Below the pieces are notes generated by a model. It ran no database searches. It saw only the letters and a list, made by a program, of their open reading frames with translations, and was not told the origin of the DNA. 64,000 nt of DNA from an uncultured Acidimicrobiia bacterium (GTDB lineage: Bacteria > Actinomycetota > Acidimicrobiia > Spongiisociales > Spongiisociaceae): the NCBI GenBank assembly GCA_958295745.1, contig OY282370.1:1162311-1226310 (forward strand), read 5' to 3'. A program made the position numbers and the translations under genes. How positions within the stretch are numbered: position 1 is the first letter of the stretch; each line of letters starts with the position of its first letter. Shown one piece after another: positions 18,572 to 27,729 of the stretch.

Positions 18572-20233
18572 ATGGCGTCTGAAATCGTGTTTCTCGACCA
18601 AGTTGATCTGACCGAGGCATCCCGCCGGGAGCTGGAAGGCGCTGGGCAGGTGAGGGTGGCCCCGGTCGACCGGCAGGAGGACCTGGCCGAGGCGATCCGG
18701 GGCGCCGACGCCCTGCTGTACCAGATGTCGCCCCTCCTGCTCTCCGGGACCGTCCTGAAAGGATGCCACGGCCTCAAGGTCATCGGCCGGATCGGGATAG
18801 GCATGGACCAGGTCGATCTGAGCGCCGCCGCAGAGTGCGGCATCACGGTGGTCAACGCCGCCCGCGCCCAGGCCGCGGCGGTGGCCGACCACGCCATGAC
18901 CCTGATCCTGTGCCTCGCCCGCAACGTCATCGACGCCCACACCTCCGTGCTGACGGAGGGCCAGACCTCCCCTAGGCGCTTCATGGGCCGCGAGCTGAGC
19001 GGCAAAAACCTCGGTATAATCGGTTTCGGCGCCGCCGGACGCGCCGTAGCCCTCCGCGCCTTCGCCTTCGGAATGTCGGTCCATGCCCACGACCCGTACC
19101 TGTCGCCGCAGGAGATCGAGCAGGCCGGGGTGATCCCCAAGGACCTGGCCGGTCTGCTGGCCGACAGCGATTTCATCTCCATCCACGCCCCCCTCACCGA
19201 CGAGACCCGGCATCTCATAGGCGCCGCCGAGCTCCGAACCATGCGCACCGGGGCTTACCTGATAAACACCGCCAGGGGGCCGATCATCGACGAGGAGGCT
19301 CTGGCGGCGGCCCTGCGGGAAGGCATGATCGCCGGGGCCGGGCTCGACGTCTTCGAAGACGAACCCCTTCCCTCCGACAGCCCGCTCATCGGCCTCGACC
19401 AGGTGATCCTCACTCCGCACATCGCAGGATGGACCATCGAGGCGCAGGCCCGCACCCAGGAGACAGTGGCCCGCGACGTGGCGCGCGTCCTGCGCGGCGA
19501 GGCGCCCCACAGTCCGGTCCCGCTCCCCGAGAAGGCATCCGATTTCGGACGGCGCAGCCCCCCGGGAGCGAGGCCGGAGCCCCCGCCGCTGCAGCCGTAT
19601 GCAGAATGGGCGGAGAGCGGGCTTCCGCATCCGAGCGACACCCACCCGTTCGGGACGGTCCCCGGCCTGCGGAGCATCATCGAAGTCGAAGGCCCCCTCA
19701 CCACCGCCCGCGCCTACAAACTGTACGTGCGGGGCGCCGGGTCCACCCGGGTAACCAAGCTCGTACAGGAAGGTCTCGACATGGCCGTCAACCGTCTGCT
19801 GGAGCAAGACGAGATCCAGATCGACGATCTCGACAACCCCACGGAGGACAGCATCCAACGGGTGGTCCGCAGGCGCGGCGACCCCGCCGTCGTGGTCCGC
19901 CGGATAGGGAACCGCGGCCTCTACGAGGCGCCCCTCAACGAGATCGCCCATCTGATGAAGCAGCGGATGGACCGGCACCCCAACGCCACCCACGAGAGCC
20001 TGATGCGATACGTTCTCAACACATACGGCTGGAGACGACTCACCGACAAGGCCCGCACCTACCTGACCTCCGCCATCGACCTCATGTACCAGATTCCCGA
20101 CAACACCCCCCGAGAAGACAACCACCGAGAAGACAACCCCCGGCCGGGCGGCGGGAACACACCACCCCCTCCCCAAAACAGGGACGACCTCCCCGAATAC
20201 CACCCCTGGCTAGGCGATCAGTACCTGTTATGA
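18572..20233 (+). CDS. D-2-hydroxyacid (SerA-like) dehydrogenase fused to a C-terminal DUF3320-like winged-helix domain
   Basis: GIIGFGAAG, INTARG, LDVFEDEP, TPHIAG, then IIEVEGPL...YVRGAG...RGL...NEIA...YGWRRLT. Start assigned from TACACT 9 nt upstream. Confidence 0.8.
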   Translation: MASEIVFLDQVDLTEASRRELEGAGQVRVAPVDRQEDLAEAIRGADALLYQMSPLLLSGTVLKGCHGLKVIGRIGIGMDQVDLSAAAECGITVVNAARAQAAAVADHAMTLILCLARNVIDAHTSVLTEGQTSPRRFMGRELSGKNLGIIGFGAAGRAVALRAFAFGMSVHAHDPYLSPQEIEQAGVIPKDLAGLLADSDFISIHAPLTDETRHLIGAAELRTMRTGAYLINTARGPIIDEEALAAALREGMIAGAGLDVFEDEPLPSDSPLIGLDQVILTPHIAGWTIEAQARTQETVARDVARVLRGEAPHSPVPLPEKASDFGRRSPPGARPEPPPLQPYAEWAESGLPHPSDTHPFGTVPGLRSIIEVEGPLTTARAYKLYVRGAGSTRVTKLVQEGLDMAVNRLLEQDEIQIDDLDNPTEDSIQRVVRRRGDPAVVVRRIGNRGLYEAPLNEIAHLMKQRMDRHPNATHESLMRYVLNTYGWRRLTDKARTYLTSAIDLMYQIPDNTPREDNHREDNPRPGGGNTPPPPQNRDDLPEYHPWLGDQYLL

Positions 20234-20556
20234 CACATAGGGGAACCCGACGCAAGCCCCCGCCGCCCAGACAACCGCCGAGAACGCCGACAACACCCCC
20301 CGGAGACGGGATCGAGGTGAAACACAGATCGGACCGCGGTTGCTCAACTTGAATTTTTAGCCCCGAGGCCGCCCAGGGACGGCTAGCCTTGAGCAAAGTT
20401 CTACAACCGGCCTCATCCATCGTGCGACCGGCAACTGCGGACGCGACAGCCCGAGAGGCGCCGCCCGAAGCGGAGGTCATAGACGACATGCGAGGAAAGG
20501 CGAGGCAGGGCGGCCACCGGCCCGCCCCCCGGCAGGCAGACGAAGAGGAGAACAAC

Positions 20557-21972
20557 ATGGCAAGAAAACCAATCCGTATCTGTACGCTCTTTGCGGCGTT
20601 GGCGTTGATGGCGAGCGCCTGCGGCGGCGAAGAAACAACGGTCACCCCCCAAACCGTGGTCGTGACCTCTGTCGTGACCGTGACGGAAACCTCGATCATC
20701 ACGGAAACGGTGACCGAAACAGTGACCGAAACGGTCGAGGTCGAGGTCGAGAAGGAGAACCCGCTGGCAGGGAAGACAGTAACGGTGTTCGGGCCGGAGA
20801 GTTCCGACACCGAGGCCGGCGCCCACCAGGCGGCGCTCGACATCTTCGCAGCCCAGAACGACATGACCATCGTCTACACCGGGGAGAGAAGCTTCTCGGA
20901 CCTGATCAACGCCCAGGCCGCCGGAGGCAACCCGCCCGACATCGCGGTGTTCCCGCAGCCGGGCAAGATCGCCGACTTCGCCCGTGAAGGGTGGCTGCTG
21001 CCGATCCCGTCCGATGTCCAGGAAACCATGGACGACAACATCGGCGCCGCTTGGAATGCGTTCGGCAATGTCGACGGCGTCCAGTACGCCATCCCGACCA
21101 AGGCCGACCTGAAGTCGCTGGTGTGGTACCGCCCGGCCGACTTCACGGCCAATGGATATGCGGTGCCGACCACCTGGGCCGATCTGAAGTCCCTGTCCCA
21201 GCAGATGATCGATGACGGGAACACACCCTGGTGCATCGGCATCGAGTCGGGCGGCGCCACCGGATGGGCGTTCACCGACTGGGTCGAGGACCTGACCCTC
21301 CGTTACCAGGGGGCGGACTTCTACGACCAGTGGGTGGACCACTCGATCCCGTTCAACACCCCCGAGATGAACGGTATCTGGAACGAGATACTCGCCCTGT
21401 GGAACACCCCGGGCGCCGTCTACGCGGAGGGTGGAACGATCTCCTCGACCTTCTTCGGAGACAACGGTCGTCCGCTGGTCGAGGGCGACTGCATGATGCA
21501 CCGCCAGGCCTCGTTCTTCTCGGCGTTCTTCCCGGAGGACACCTCCTTCGGACCCGACGGGGTGGACGTGTTCTACTTCCCGTCGGTCGAGGGTGACCGC
21601 CCGGTGCTCGGCGCCGGGACCTTGGTGTCCGCCTTCCGCGACGCTCCCGAGGTGTGGGCCGTCATGGAGTACTACGCCACCCCCGAGTACGCCGACAACC
21701 GGCAGCGGTTCCAGAACCTGGCCCAGGGCGGCGGAGCGGTGCTGAGCGGCTTCCTGTCGCCCAACACGAACGCCGACCTGGATCTGTACCAGCCCTTGGA
21801 GCAGTCCTTCCTGGACATCCTGTTCACCGCCGAGGTGGTCCGTTTCGACGGGTCCGACCTGATGCCGGCCGCGGTCGGCGCCGGGTCGTTCTGGACCGAG
21901 GCGACCAGCGCGGTGAACGGCGACAAGACCGTGGAGGAGGCGACCCAGGCCATCGAAGACTCTTGGCCATGA
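20557..21972 (+). CDS. Carbohydrate ABC substrate-binding lipoprotein (alpha-glucoside AglE-like)
   Basis: GAGGAG RBS, lipobox MASAC, Thr/Val linker, GNPPDIAVFPQPG, WCIGIESGGATGW, RFDGSDLMP. Confidence 0.9.
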   Translation: MARKPIRICTLFAALALMASACGGEETTVTPQTVVVTSVVTVTETSIITETVTETVTETVEVEVEKENPLAGKTVTVFGPESSDTEAGAHQAALDIFAAQNDMTIVYTGERSFSDLINAQAAGGNPPDIAVFPQPGKIADFAREGWLLPIPSDVQETMDDNIGAAWNAFGNVDGVQYAIPTKADLKSLVWYRPADFTANGYAVPTTWADLKSLSQQMIDDGNTPWCIGIESGGATGWAFTDWVEDLTLRYQGADFYDQWVDHSIPFNTPEMNGIWNEILALWNTPGAVYAEGGTISSTFFGDNGRPLVEGDCMMHRQASFFSAFFPEDTSFGPDGVDVFYFPSVEGDRPVLGAGTLVSAFRDAPEVWAVMEYYATPEYADNRQRFQNLAQGGGAVLSGFLSPNTNADLDLYQPLEQSFLDILFTAEVVRFDGSDLMPAAVGAGSFWTEATSAVNGDKTVEEATQAIEDSWP

Positions 21973-22011
21973 GCCGGGTAGTTCGATAGAGATGATGGGC
22001 AGGCCGGCCGG

Positions 22012-22035
22012 GGGCGCCTCGACTGCGAGGCGCCC
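22012..22035 (+). terminator. GC-rich hairpin after the SBP gene (terminator or mRNA-stabilising stem)
   Basis: Perfect 10-bp stem gggcgcctcg/cgaggcgccc with a 4-nt loop. Confidence 0.65.
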
Positions 22036-22103
22036 TTGGTCGGTTGCGGCGGCAAGCAAGGAACGACAGGCCGAGGAACGACAGACCGGGTGAAGGTTCG
22101 CCA

Positions 22104-24203
22104 GTGGTAGGAATTCTCAACACGGTGATCAACCTGCTGACGGCGGCGGGCATCGGCGCCGGCGCCGCCTTCTTGATCTACCGCGGCGGGAGAAGGTCGG
22201 TCACCCGCCGGGCCGTTGCGGCGCTGAGCGGGGTCGTCCTGGGCGCCGCCTCGCTATGGGGCGTGATCGCGGTCGAGAAGCTGGAGACCACCGCCCGCGG
22301 GGTGGTGGTGTCGATCGCGGCGAGCGCGCTGATCTTCATCGCCGCCAACAAGCTCTTCGACCTGACCCCCGACAGGTGGTCGGTGTTCACCACCCTGATG
22401 GGAGGCGGGGGCGCCTTCCTGGTGTACGCCATGCTGTGGGGCAACCGGGCCATCGACGATCCGGTTCTTCGCACCGCGGCGGCCACCCTGATCGGAGCGG
22501 CGGCCGGGTATCTCCTGGGAACCGTGGACGGGAAGCGGGCGCGCCTCGCCATCGGGACAGGCGCGGGCGCCGCGTTGGGGGCGCTGGCCGCCTCCGGGAT
22601 GCGAAGGGTGATCCTGATATTCGAGAGGGAAGAAGGTCCGCTCGAGCTGTGGCCGGTGCTGCCCAACCTCGACTACGGGGTCCTGATCGGCCTGACCCTG
22701 GCCGGCGCCGCCCTCGGACTCTTGTCGCGGCTGGTCAGGCGGCGGCGAACCGCCCTGGTGCGCCCGGTGATACTCTGGGCCTCGGTCGGATTCTTCATCG
22801 GCGCGTGGTGTCTCCCGACCCTCGGCACCGGCACCAAGGCGGAAGCCCTGGCGGCGGCCATAGTGACAGGGGCCGGGTTCGGCGCCGTGCTGGGCCTCAA
22901 GCCCATCCCCGACGCGCAGCATCGAGGACGCATCGAAGTCGCCTCCCGCGCCTACATCTTCCTGCTCCCCGCCCTGGGCTTCATAGCCGCCACCCTGATC
23001 GTCCCCACCCTGCGCACCTTGTTCCTGTCCTTCCACGACACGCACGGACGGGAGTTCGTGGGAGGGATCAACTACCGCGACATCTTCACGAGCTCCAACA
23101 TCTTCGACGCGGCGGGCTGGCCGGGGATATTCACGAGCCGGCTGTTCATAGCCGGGGCCGCGCTGGTTCTCATCGGCCTGCTCGCCGCCGTCTTGGCGGG
23201 CCGCCGCAGCGGATACCTGATGAGCCTCTCGCCCGGCACCGCCGGGGCCGCCGGCCTCGGGGTGTTCCTGGTGGCCACCGCCGCCTTCGCCGCCCTGCGC
23301 GGCACCGTGTTCAACAACCTCTGGTGGGTGTTCACCGTCACGATCATCGCCACCGCGGCCGGACTGGCGATCGCGGTGCTGGCGGACCGGGCCAAGTGGG
23401 AGTCGCTCGCCAAGTCCCTGATCTTCATGCCGATGGCCATCTCCTTCGTGGGCGCCGGCGTGATCTGGCGTTTCATGTACCTGGCCCGCGACGTCTCGAA
23501 GCCCCAGACCGGGGTGCTCAACACGTTGTGGGTGGGTATCGGCAACCTGAGCCTGTCGCGCGGCCCCGGATTCTTCCTGACGGTCATCGTGATCCTGGCG
23601 GCGGCGGCCCTGCTGGTGAGGCTGGCGGTCCGGGCCTGGCGGGCGGACGAGCGGACCGTCGGGGTGGGGGCGGCCGTCTGCGCGCTGCCGCTGATCTGGT
23701 TCGCCTTCGCGCTCTGGCGCGGGATCGGCGGGTTCGAGGTGCGGGACAACGGTGACGTGGTGGCGTCCACCATCCAGTTCGTCCAGAGGTCCCCGTTCAA
23801 CAACGTCTGGCTGATGCTGGTCCTGATCTGGATCCAGACCGGCTTCACCATGGTCATCTTCTCGGCGGCCATCAAGGCGGTGCCCGCCGACCTGCTGGAG
23901 GCGGCCGAGGTGGACGGCGCCTCCGAATCGCAGACCTTCTGGCGGGTCGTGATTCCCCAGATAGCCCCGACCATCGGGGTGGTCGTGACCACGCTGATCG
24001 TGCTGGTCATGAAGGTGTTCGACATCGTGAAGGTCATGACCAACGGCAACTTCGACACCCAGGTCATCGCCAACGAGATGTGGCAGCGGGCCTTCACCGA
24101 GCTGAACTTCGGGCTCGGTTCGGCGTTGGCGGTGGTCCTCTTCGCCGCGGTGCTGCCGATCCTGTACCTCAACATCCGGCGTATGCAGAAGGCGGCCGCC
24201 TGA
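22104..24203 (+). CDS. Carbohydrate ABC permease (AglF-like) with a long extra N-terminal membrane domain
   Basis: YIFLLPALGF, KSLIFMPMAISFVGA, EAAEVDGA EAA loop; GTG start at 22104 is assumed. Confidence 0.88.
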   Translation: MVGILNTVINLLTAAGIGAGAAFLIYRGGRRSVTRRAVAALSGVVLGAASLWGVIAVEKLETTARGVVVSIAASALIFIAANKLFDLTPDRWSVFTTLMGGGGAFLVYAMLWGNRAIDDPVLRTAAATLIGAAAGYLLGTVDGKRARLAIGTGAGAALGALAASGMRRVILIFEREEGPLELWPVLPNLDYGVLIGLTLAGAALGLLSRLVRRRRTALVRPVILWASVGFFIGAWCLPTLGTGTKAEALAAAIVTGAGFGAVLGLKPIPDAQHRGRIEVASRAYIFLLPALGFIAATLIVPTLRTLFLSFHDTHGREFVGGINYRDIFTSSNIFDAAGWPGIFTSRLFIAGAALVLIGLLAAVLAGRRSGYLMSLSPGTAGAAGLGVFLVATAAFAALRGTVFNNLWWVFTVTIIATAAGLAIAVLADRAKWESLAKSLIFMPMAISFVGAGVIWRFMYLARDVSKPQTGVLNTLWVGIGNLSLSRGPGFFLTVIVILAAAALLVRLAVRAWRADERTVGVGAAVCALPLIWFAFALWRGIGGFEVRDNGDVVASTIQFVQRSPFNNVWLMLVLIWIQTGFTMVIFSAAIKAVPADLLEAAEVDGASESQTFWRVVIPQIAPTIGVVVTTLIVLVMKVFDIVKVMTNGNFDTQVIANEMWQRAFTELNFGLGSALAVVLFAAVLPILYLNIRRMQKAAA

Positions 24204-25153
24204 TGGCGCTGGTGAGCGGCGCGGGCGGCCCCGGAATCGGGAAGCGCACCTACGCCTTCCTCCGGTCCATCCCCACCTGGGCGCTGTGGCTGCTGGTGGT
24301 GCTCTGGACCATCCCCACCCTCGGCCTGCTCGTCAACTCCTTCCGCACCAGGGACGCCCAGCGGAGCAGCGGCTGGTGGCACTCCCCGTTCGAGAACTAC
24401 GCCGAGAACCTGACCCTCGCCAACTACACGGACATCCTCACCGCCGGCGCCCAGGGGGGATTGTGGCGGGCGCTCCTCAACTCGCTGGCGATAGCCCTCC
24501 CCGCCACCGTGATCCCGATCGCCTTCGCCGCCTTCGCCGCCTACGCCTTCGCCTGGATCGACTTCAAGGGCCGGGAGTGGTTGTTCATCGCCACCGTCTC
24601 CCTGCTCGCCATCCCCGCCCAGATGTCTCTGATCCCGCTGCTCCAGCTCTACAGCGGCGGCGGGCATCTCACCCTGCCCTTCATCGAGAAGACCCTGACC
24701 CTGTTCCCGGACCTCGATCTGACCGGCCGTGCCATATCGGTCTGGCTCACCCACACCGGCTTCGCGCTGCCCTTCGCCATATTCCTGCTCCACAACTACA
24801 TCAGCGGGCTGCCCAAGGACATCTTCGAATCGGCCTTCATCGACGGCGCCGACCATTTCAAGATCTTCTGGCGGCTGGTCGTCCCGCTGTCGGTGCCGGT
24901 GCTGGCGGCCTTCGCCATCTTCCAGTTCCTCTGGACCTACAACGACTACCTGATCGCCGTCACCATGCTGGGAGGGGCCGGGCACAACTTCCCGGCCACC
25001 GCCCGGATAGCCGCGCTCGCCGGCGAGTTCGGCCAGGCGGAGCACCTACTGACGGCGGGGGCCTTCCTCTCGACCCTGCTGCCGATCATCGTGTTCTTCG
25101 CCCTCCAGCGGTTCTTCGTCACCGGCATCCTGGCCGGCTCGGTGAAGGGCTGA
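24203..25153 (+). CDS. Carbohydrate ABC permease (AglG-like)
   Basis: WTIPTLGLLVNSFR, ESAFIDGA EAA loop, FVTGILAGSVKG; TGATG coupling with the upstream gene. Confidence 0.92.
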   Translation: MALVSGAGGPGIGKRTYAFLRSIPTWALWLLVVLWTIPTLGLLVNSFRTRDAQRSSGWWHSPFENYAENLTLANYTDILTAGAQGGLWRALLNSLAIALPATVIPIAFAAFAAYAFAWIDFKGREWLFIATVSLLAIPAQMSLIPLLQLYSGGGHLTLPFIEKTLTLFPDLDLTGRAISVWLTHTGFALPFAIFLLHNYISGLPKDIFESAFIDGADHFKIFWRLVVPLSVPVLAAFAIFQFLWTYNDYLIAVTMLGGAGHNFPATARIAALAGEFGQAEHLLTAGAFLSTLLPIIVFFALQRFFVTGILAGSVKG

Positions 25154-26245
25154 GCGGGCGGACAGCAGCGGCGGCCGGCCCAGGGCGGCGCCGGCCAATT
25201 CGATAGGGCGCCCCTCCGCTATGGAGCGCTGGGCGGCCACCCCCATAGCCACGGCCAACAGGCCGTCATCGGCGGTTACCAGGGCCGGGGTCCGGTTGCG
25301 TATCGCGGCCAGGAAGTCCAGGTGTTCGAGGTAGGAGGCGCCGTGATGCGACCCGGTGTAGGCGATCCGGTCATCGGTGACCTTCTCGATCTCGGGTGAG
25401 AACCAGGCCCCCCCTCTCACGCCGGTGACGACCACGCCGGAGGGAAGGCGCGCCTCCACCTTGCCGCGGTCCCCCACGGCCGCGATCTCCTCCTGGTTCT
25501 GGCCCGCTTCGGCGAACATGCACAGGTCGAGCATCGCCCGCCGCCCGCCCTCGTAGTCCACGATGACGTAGGCGTTGTCGAGGATGTCGGGCCGCCGCCC
25601 CCCGTAGCGCTCGTCGAGGTGGTTGACCGCCTGGCTGCCGGAGGCGTAGATCCGGATCGGGGAGGCGCCGATGATGAGGTTCATCAGATCGAAGTGATGG
25701 CAGCACTTCTCCACCAGGGTGCCGCCGGAGTTGGCGTTGAAGCGGTTCCAGTGCTTCACCTTCTCCAGGAAGGGAAACCGGTGCTCGCGGATCGCCAGCA
25801 TCCTGAGGTCGCCCACCGCGCCCCGCCGGACCTCGGCGATCAGCCGGGCGATGGCCGGCATGTAGCGGTACTCCATGCCCACCCACAGGACGGCCTTCCT
25901 TTCCCTCTGGGCTTCGACCACCCATCGGCAGTCCTCGACCCTGGTGCACAGCGGCTTCTCGACCAGTAGGTGCAGTTCGGTGTCCATGAGGTCCCGCAGC
26001 AGCTCGATATGGGTCATGTTGGGCGCCGCCACCACCACCGCATCGCAGAGCCCGGAATCGATGAGGCCGCGGTGGGTGTCGAAGACCGCGATCTCCTGGC
26101 CGCGCAAAGCCTCCCGGGCCGCCTGCCGCGACGGTCCATACGGGTCGGCCACCGCCGTCACCGCCGCGCCGTCCAGCGCCCGGATGTTCCCGATGTGCTC
26201 GATGCCCATCATGCCGGTGCCGACGACGCCGTATCGTATCGGCAC
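25046..26245 (-). CDS. Gfo/Idh/MocA-family oxidoreductase
   Basis: GVVGTGMMG, LLVEKPLC, EKCCHHFDL; the 3' end overlaps the convergent permease. Confidence 0.88.
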   Translation of the reverse strand: MPIRYGVVGTGMMGIEHIGNIRALDGAAVTAVADPYGPSRQAAREALRGQEIAVFDTHRGLIDSGLCDAVVVAAPNMTHIELLRDLMDTELHLLVEKPLCTRVEDCRWVVEAQRERKAVLWVGMEYRYMPAIARLIAEVRRGAVGDLRMLAIREHRFPFLEKVKHWNRFNANSGGTLVEKCCHHFDLMNLIIGASPIRIYASGSQAVNHLDERYGGRRPDILDNAYVIVDYEGGRRAMLDLCMFAEAGQNQEEIAAVGDRGKVEARLPSGVVVTGVRGGAWFSPEIEKVTDDRIAYTGSHHGASYLEHLDFLAAIRNRTPALVTADDGLLAVAMGVAAQRSIAEGRPIELAGAALGRPPLLSARSALHRAGQDAGDEEPLEGEEHDDRQQGREEGPRRQ

Positions 26246-26397
26246 GATCAGCCTCCCCGCCCGGCGGCGCCCGGCCCCGACGCGGACCCGGCAAGCACCC
26301 CGATCACCTTCGCACCTCCCTCGCCCGGCCCGTGGAGTCTACGAACCCGGCGGCGGAGCGGGCGCCCCTGTCCTGCCGTCGGGCCGGGGCGCCCGCG

Positions 26398-27729
26398 TCA
26401 CGGACCGTTCCGGGCGATCACATCCCGGTACCAGTAGGCCGAGGCTTTGGGGGTGCGGCGTTGGGTGGTGCGGTCGACATGGACGAGGCCGAAGCGGCGC
26501 GCGTATCCGAAGCTCCACTCGAAGTTGTCGAGCAGCGTCCAGACGAAATAACCCCGGAGGGGGACCCCTTCGCCGATCGCCTTACCGGCCTCGATGATGT
26601 GGCGCTCCAGGTAAGAGCAGCGATCCTCGTCATCGACGGCCCCGTCCTTCCAGGCGGTATCCGGGCAGGCGGCGCCGTTCTCGGTGATGTAGACCGCCTC
26701 CACCCCCGTCCCGCGGAGGAGTCGGAGCATCTCGCCGAGGCCGGAGGGGGTGACCGGCCAGCCCATCTCGGTCACCTCGGCCGGATCGTTCTGCAGGGGC
26801 GGCGGCCGGTCTTCGTCCCGCAGCCCCGGATCCCCCACGACTTCGGTGCGGTAGTAATTGAGGCCGACCGCGTCCAGAGGTTGGGCGATGGCGGCCAGGT
26901 CGCCGTCCTCGACCACCGAAGCCGGCCAACCGGTCCGGGCCAGGAGGTCGTCCGGATACCCGCGGCCGAAGAGGGGATCGAGGAACCAGCCGTTCATCAG
27001 GCCCTCCTCGAGGGCGGCCGCCGCAACGTCTCGCGGGTGGCCGGACCGCGGCCGCCGCGGCTCCAGGTTGAGGGCGATCCCCACTTCGCGGCCCGGGCGT
27101 CCGGCCCGGAGGGCCATGGAAGCCAGGCCATGCCCCAGCAGGAGGTGATGGGCTGCGTCCAGCTCGGCGCCCGAGTCGACCAGGCCGGGGGCGTGCTGCC
27201 CGGTCCGATGACCCAGGTGTGCCGTCACCCAGGGCTCGTTGAGGGTCATCCAGTGCCTGACCCGATCCCCGAGCCGGGCCTCCACCGCAGACGCGTATTC
27301 CGCAAAGGCGTAGGCGGTCTCACGAACCCTCCATCCGCCTGCTTCTTCGATCCATAGGGGGTGATCCCAGTGGTACAGGGTGACGAAGGGCTCGATCCCG
27401 GCCTCCAGCAGTCCGTCCACCAGCCGGTCGTAGAAGTCCAGGCCGGCCTGGTTGACGGGGCCGCCCCCCTCCGGCAGGACCCTGGGCCAGGCCACCGAGA
27501 ACCGATAGGCCGATAACCCCAGCTCCTCCATGAGCCTGATGTCTTCCTCCCAGCGCCGGTAGTGGTCGCACGCCGTATCGCCGGTGTCGCCGTTCAGCAC
27601 CTTCCCGGGGATCCGGCAGAACCGGTCCCAGACGCTCTCCGACCGCCCATCCTCCGCCGCCGCCCCCTCGATCTGGTAGGAGGAGGTGGCCGCCCCCCAT
27701 AGGAACCCGTCGGGAAACCGCCCGTTCAC
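26398..27729 (-). CDS. Glycoside hydrolase family 1 beta-glucosidase
   Basis: FLWGAATSSYQIEGA, TLNEP acid/base, YITENG nucleophile, DNFEW. Confidence 0.96.
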   Translation of the reverse strand: MNGRFPDGFLWGAATSSYQIEGAAAEDGRSESVWDRFCRIPGKVLNGDTGDTACDHYRRWEEDIRLMEELGLSAYRFSVAWPRVLPEGGGPVNQAGLDFYDRLVDGLLEAGIEPFVTLYHWDHPLWIEEAGGWRVRETAYAFAEYASAVEARLGDRVRHWMTLNEPWVTAHLGHRTGQHAPGLVDSGAELDAAHHLLLGHGLASMALRAGRPGREVGIALNLEPRRPRSGHPRDVAAAALEEGLMNGWFLDPLFGRGYPDDLLARTGWPASVVEDGDLAAIAQPLDAVGLNYYRTEVVGDPGLRDEDRPPPLQNDPAEVTEMGWPVTPSGLGEMLRLLRGTGVEAVYITENGAACPDTAWKDGAVDDEDRCSYLERHIIEAGKAIGEGVPLRGYFVWTLLDNFEWSFGYARRFGLVHVDRTTQRRTPKASAYWYRDVIARNGP

